From the NCBI GenBank assembly GCA_020137815.1, contig CM035355.1:8184001-8248000 (forward strand): a DNA stretch of 64,000 bases. Reading direction: 5' to 3'. The number at the start of each line of letters is the position of its first letter. The first letter of the stretch is position 1. A program made the translations under genes and the position numbers. The DNA is from Hormiphora californensis (Eukaryota > Animalia > Ctenophora). Positions 60,088 through 64,000 of the stretch are shown here, one piece after another. The notes below the pieces were generated by a model, which saw only the letters and a list, made by a program, of their open reading frames with translations, searched no databases and had not been told where the DNA came from.

Positions 60088-63000
60088 TACATAGTTTTAA
60101 TGTAATTTAATTATTATATACTCAATATACTTTCGTTAAATATTGACGCTGTTATAGAGTTCATGTGTTGTCACGCTTGATACTCATCTTCAGTAGTGTT
60201 GAAAAGTTTCAAACTTTTCAACACTACTTTAAACAAATTAATTTGAGCAGCCTGATGAAACCGTCGTGTAATTTATTTCCTGCAATAAAATCATTGTCTC
60301 AGTTGTCCATATAGGTACTGCTATCAACTACTATTGACGTTGTATCAGGATTAAGTCGTATCGTTTGTTTAGTGTACACGTCAACAGGATATCGCCTGAT
60401 CTGATGAGTGTGTCTGAAAAACCTGATTTTATTTTCAACACTTCCGGGTCCACTGCAATTTCAATGTCACATTTGCTCTCCTTATTGCTCTCTGATCGTG
60501 AATATGTTTTCTTAGGAATTTGGAACTGGAAAACTCTCTCTCTCTCTTATGATTATATTGGTCCTGTACGTAGTGAAATGCATAGATCGCTGGTTATATT
60601 AGACTACCGGCCTCTATGATAATAGCTTCACTGCACTGTTTACTACGATCTTAATTTTTTCCACCTGCCAGCCACCTGCGATCCTTAGCCGCCGCTCCTT
60701 TATCAATAAAATTAAGCGAATACTCCTTTATCAAGCGAATAAGTCCGAACTTATTCGCTTGATAAAGGAGTATTCGCTTAATTTTCTTGATAAAGGAGTA
60801 TTCGTATAGGCCTACACGGTAATTTAGTTATTTGACCTACATTGGTGGACAGCTGATAATAAAATAAGGGTGGTAACCACGTGTTTCCGCTCTGAAACAT
60901 CCTGTTTTGGTAAGTGGTAATTAGCTAATTATCTAATCTGGTCACGACATATCAGAAGATATATTCAAAATTATCGTAATTAGAGTGTTTATTCTCCATG
61001 TGTACTACCACATGGTAGAGTCTTTGTCAATAAATTACCTCATAGTTACATATAGCAGGGTATAACTGCACATGTTTATGTCACACACACAACAAAAGTT
61101 GTCCTGTGTGTCTTTGGGCGGGTTTTATGTTTTGTGATCTCATATCCCTTTTTCTCCCGTGTGTGTCGTGAAACACCAAAAACTATTGACTGTGTTGCTT
61201 GTTACACATCCTGCTTTTACATTCTATCCAGTAGTATTATAATGCCCTGTGCACCTGTTATACCCCTCAAGCAATGGCAATATAAGCCTGAGTTTGTCTT
61301 GTTCAATTGGCTTAACTCCTCGGCTCCACACGTTTACATATAGACGATGGGCGCAAAATATCTTTTTTGAAGGAGCACTTAAGTGCTCCTTCAAAAAAGT
61401 GCACTTTTGCATCAAAAATATTTCGACAGTCGACACGGGGTTTCCAGCTCAAGTTAATTCGATTGTGGAAAACTGTGCAGCAGTACATAATAGATCACTA
61501 TGGTTACGCTATATTACACGTGCCCCCCCCCCCATGGCATTACCTAGTTGTATTACCAATGGTAATAGATAGGTAATAGCACGGTGGGGGGGGCTAATTT
61601 GCCATGATACGCTTTAATCTCATTAATGGGGTTGATATATCTGACCTAGCCACAAATAAACTGTATTTTTGGGTTTTTGTTTTTGTTGTGTGTGTAATAT
61701 TGCTTGGGTTCCAAATAGCAAGATATGGGGATTTTAGATTTTTTCAGAATTTACCGAATCTACCGACAGGGTAAGTTAATTAACTTTTAAGTTAATTAAA
61801 TTTTATTAATTTACTTGTGTACTACTGCAGTGTCAGACCCCGATTTACCAGGATGTTCGCGGGGGAAGTGTTTTGCACGGTATATCGGGGACCACCGTGC
61901 AAAACACCGATTACCGGGAACTGGAACCCTGATTCGAGGTTCCGGTTCCCGGTAATCGGTGTATTGGGGGCCGGTAAATCAGGGTCCGACTGTATTTATT
62001 TTTAGTGATGAACACACAAGAAGAACTAGAAACATTACTTATTTAATTACTAATTAGTCAAGAATGATAAATAACCATGGTCATAGTACGCTATTATAAT
62101 TACAATTGCTATATATTCATTCCGTTTACCAGGATCCTCATATTCTGTTTACTATAGTTAATTGGAGCAGCTTCCGGTTACTGATCTGTTTACGCGAGAC
62201 TATGTTCCTACCTGTTTCTATACACATTATAATCACTATTCACTGTATAATACTGCAGTATATACAGTGCAATTATTCCATTTGACACGCGTTCTCACAT
62301 TACACATGTACCGCTTTGATTAATTTGTGTTTCATATTTTACACGTGTTACATTTTTTGAATTCTTGCTATAGAATTAGAGTTAAACTTCTTGCTAGGTA
62401 GACATAGTATTAGCATTTTCACTTGGCAGTTGGCATACATACAGGGGCAGAGAGAGAGGGGAGGGGGCACACACACATATGGGCAGGGGGGGGGGTATGA
62501 TAATTTCATGGCTTGATTAATGTTTCAGAAGTGCTAATAATTGGCTAATTAGCAGTAGCTGTATTTCCCTTTGGCCCATTACCTAAACACACATACCTTC
62601 ACACACAGATCACCTTGGGCCTATATCTGTTAATCTGATATCGTAGTGTACGAATTCAGTTAAATCATGTGCTTGTCGTTTAAATTTAGCACTTTTCAAT
62701 TCAACTGCACTATATCTGGGGCCAAATTCCATAGTACGGTGTATTCTTAATTAGGAAGATAATTAGTTAATTACCTTCGCAATTAACTCTTTCCCCACAT
62801 GAGACAAATTCCTGAGACATTTTCCCACATTTCGCGTCATTTCTCTAGTAGTAAATGCTTAGTTGCAGTACTTTTAGTAGTAAATGACTTGGAACTTCTA
62901 TAAGAATTCACCTCTGGGGGAGAACGGGAGAGAGATCGTAGAGAGAGGAGAGATGGAGAGAGAGAGAGAGAGAGAGACGACAGATCGTAGCATCCCCGAC

Positions 63001-63477
63001 GAGAGATATACTCGACTAGATAGAGAGATAGAGCGATATAGAGTAGAGTGCGAGAGATAGAGGGGATGATCTCATAGAGAGATATATCGCCAGAGCGCGT
63101 CTTCTCTCCGCTGATTGTTGTGGATCGGTCTTATGGCGCCATACCCCATTTGATTCTCACACACACAGTGCGCTCAGATGGGTCGCGGCGCCAGACAGGA
63201 ATCGATAGGGTCTACTGGAGCACTTGCTCGCGATTGCGTCTAGCGCGCGGTGAAAGTGAAAATTGTTAGCATTTAGCACGCGCGTGCACTTTTGAGCCGA
63301 TTTTCGGTTCACGTGGTGCACGCGAAATTTCAAAAAAACGAATTTTTTTCTTTTTTTTTCAGTTTTTCTTTTTTTTCTTTTTCATTTTTTCTTTTTTTTC
63401 AATTTTTCTTTATTTTCTTTTTCATTTTTTCTTTTTTTGTTAAAAAATTCATCGTGCACTCATGCACCGCCATACAG

Positions 63478-63720
63478 GTGACTTGTTATAGACACTGGGC
63501 GATAGTTCACAGGTTTCGATTTAGCCCCCTTCTTGAATAATGGTGTTATGAACTGTTGCTTTAAGCAACTAGGGACAGATCCGTCTTCAAATGACCTGTT
63601 CCACAACATCCAAATCGGGTATGCCAGGCTACTGCTGCACTGTTTCAGAACAAAAGAAGGAATGCAGTCAGGAGGGGATGCTGAGTGTGTCCAAACTACA
63701 AAACAGAAAGTTCTAATTTT
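63478..63720 (-). mobile_element. CR1-group LINE RT fragment
   Basis: Minus-strand SASPPDCIPSFVLKQCSSSLAYPIWMLWNRSF..G.VP..LKQQFITPLFKKG...PVNYRPVSITSH. Confidence 0.75.
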
Positions 63721-64000
63721 TTGAACATACCGAGGAAATTGTCTGAGCTACCATTACATACCGGAATTTTTCGATATTTTGGCCATTAACACTGTTTTTG
63801 TTTTTGGAAAACTATGAAGATGCTGGAATTTGGCTACAAAAACCTTCAGAAATGTGCAAAATGCCATTCCAAAGGTATTAGAGGTGGATTCATTGATAAC
63901 TAAGCTATAGTCGAGTCAGAAAAAATTCCACAAGATTGGAATTTTATGCCCATATATACCCTGCTAACTTAAATAACCCGCCAGCGGCAATTTCTGATTT

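Overview
Repeat-rich, intron-containing animal (invertebrate) genomic DNA. The dispersed repeats and the BTB-like gene family resemble what I recall from pleurobrachiid ctenophore assemblies, but that assignment is an inference. By hand-splicing GT/GC-AG exons that the ORF track misses, I recover: the 5' end of ataxin-3 (minus); an intronless BTB-like gene with a myristoylation motif (plus); the last two exons of a PQ-loop transporter PQLC1/SLC66A2 (plus); a 3-exon SAXO/FAM154-like axonemal protein (minus); 8 exons of a bacterial-type NhaC-family Na+/H+ antiporter (minus); a fragment joining an animal CBM14 chitin-binding domain to a GH19 (plant/bacterial-type) chitinase N-terminus (minus); and a noisy matrin-type zinc-finger gene. 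Mobile DNA includes CR1/L2-group LINEs, two CRE-like restriction-endonuclease fragments and many MITE/foldback elements, including a Chapaev-like 1.47 kb palindrome. The most striking pattern is that many tandem arrays are built from exon boundaries. Splice acceptors, splice donors or the stop codon are amplified 2 to 252 times in five unrelated genes plus one putative exon, and often contain an RFX X-box-like GTTACCATGGT motif. In PQLC1, SAXO-like and NhaC only the exon-proximal copy keeps the reading frame. Region 49.7-54.6 kb looks like a base-calling artefact, and 32.4-42 kb is error-rich.
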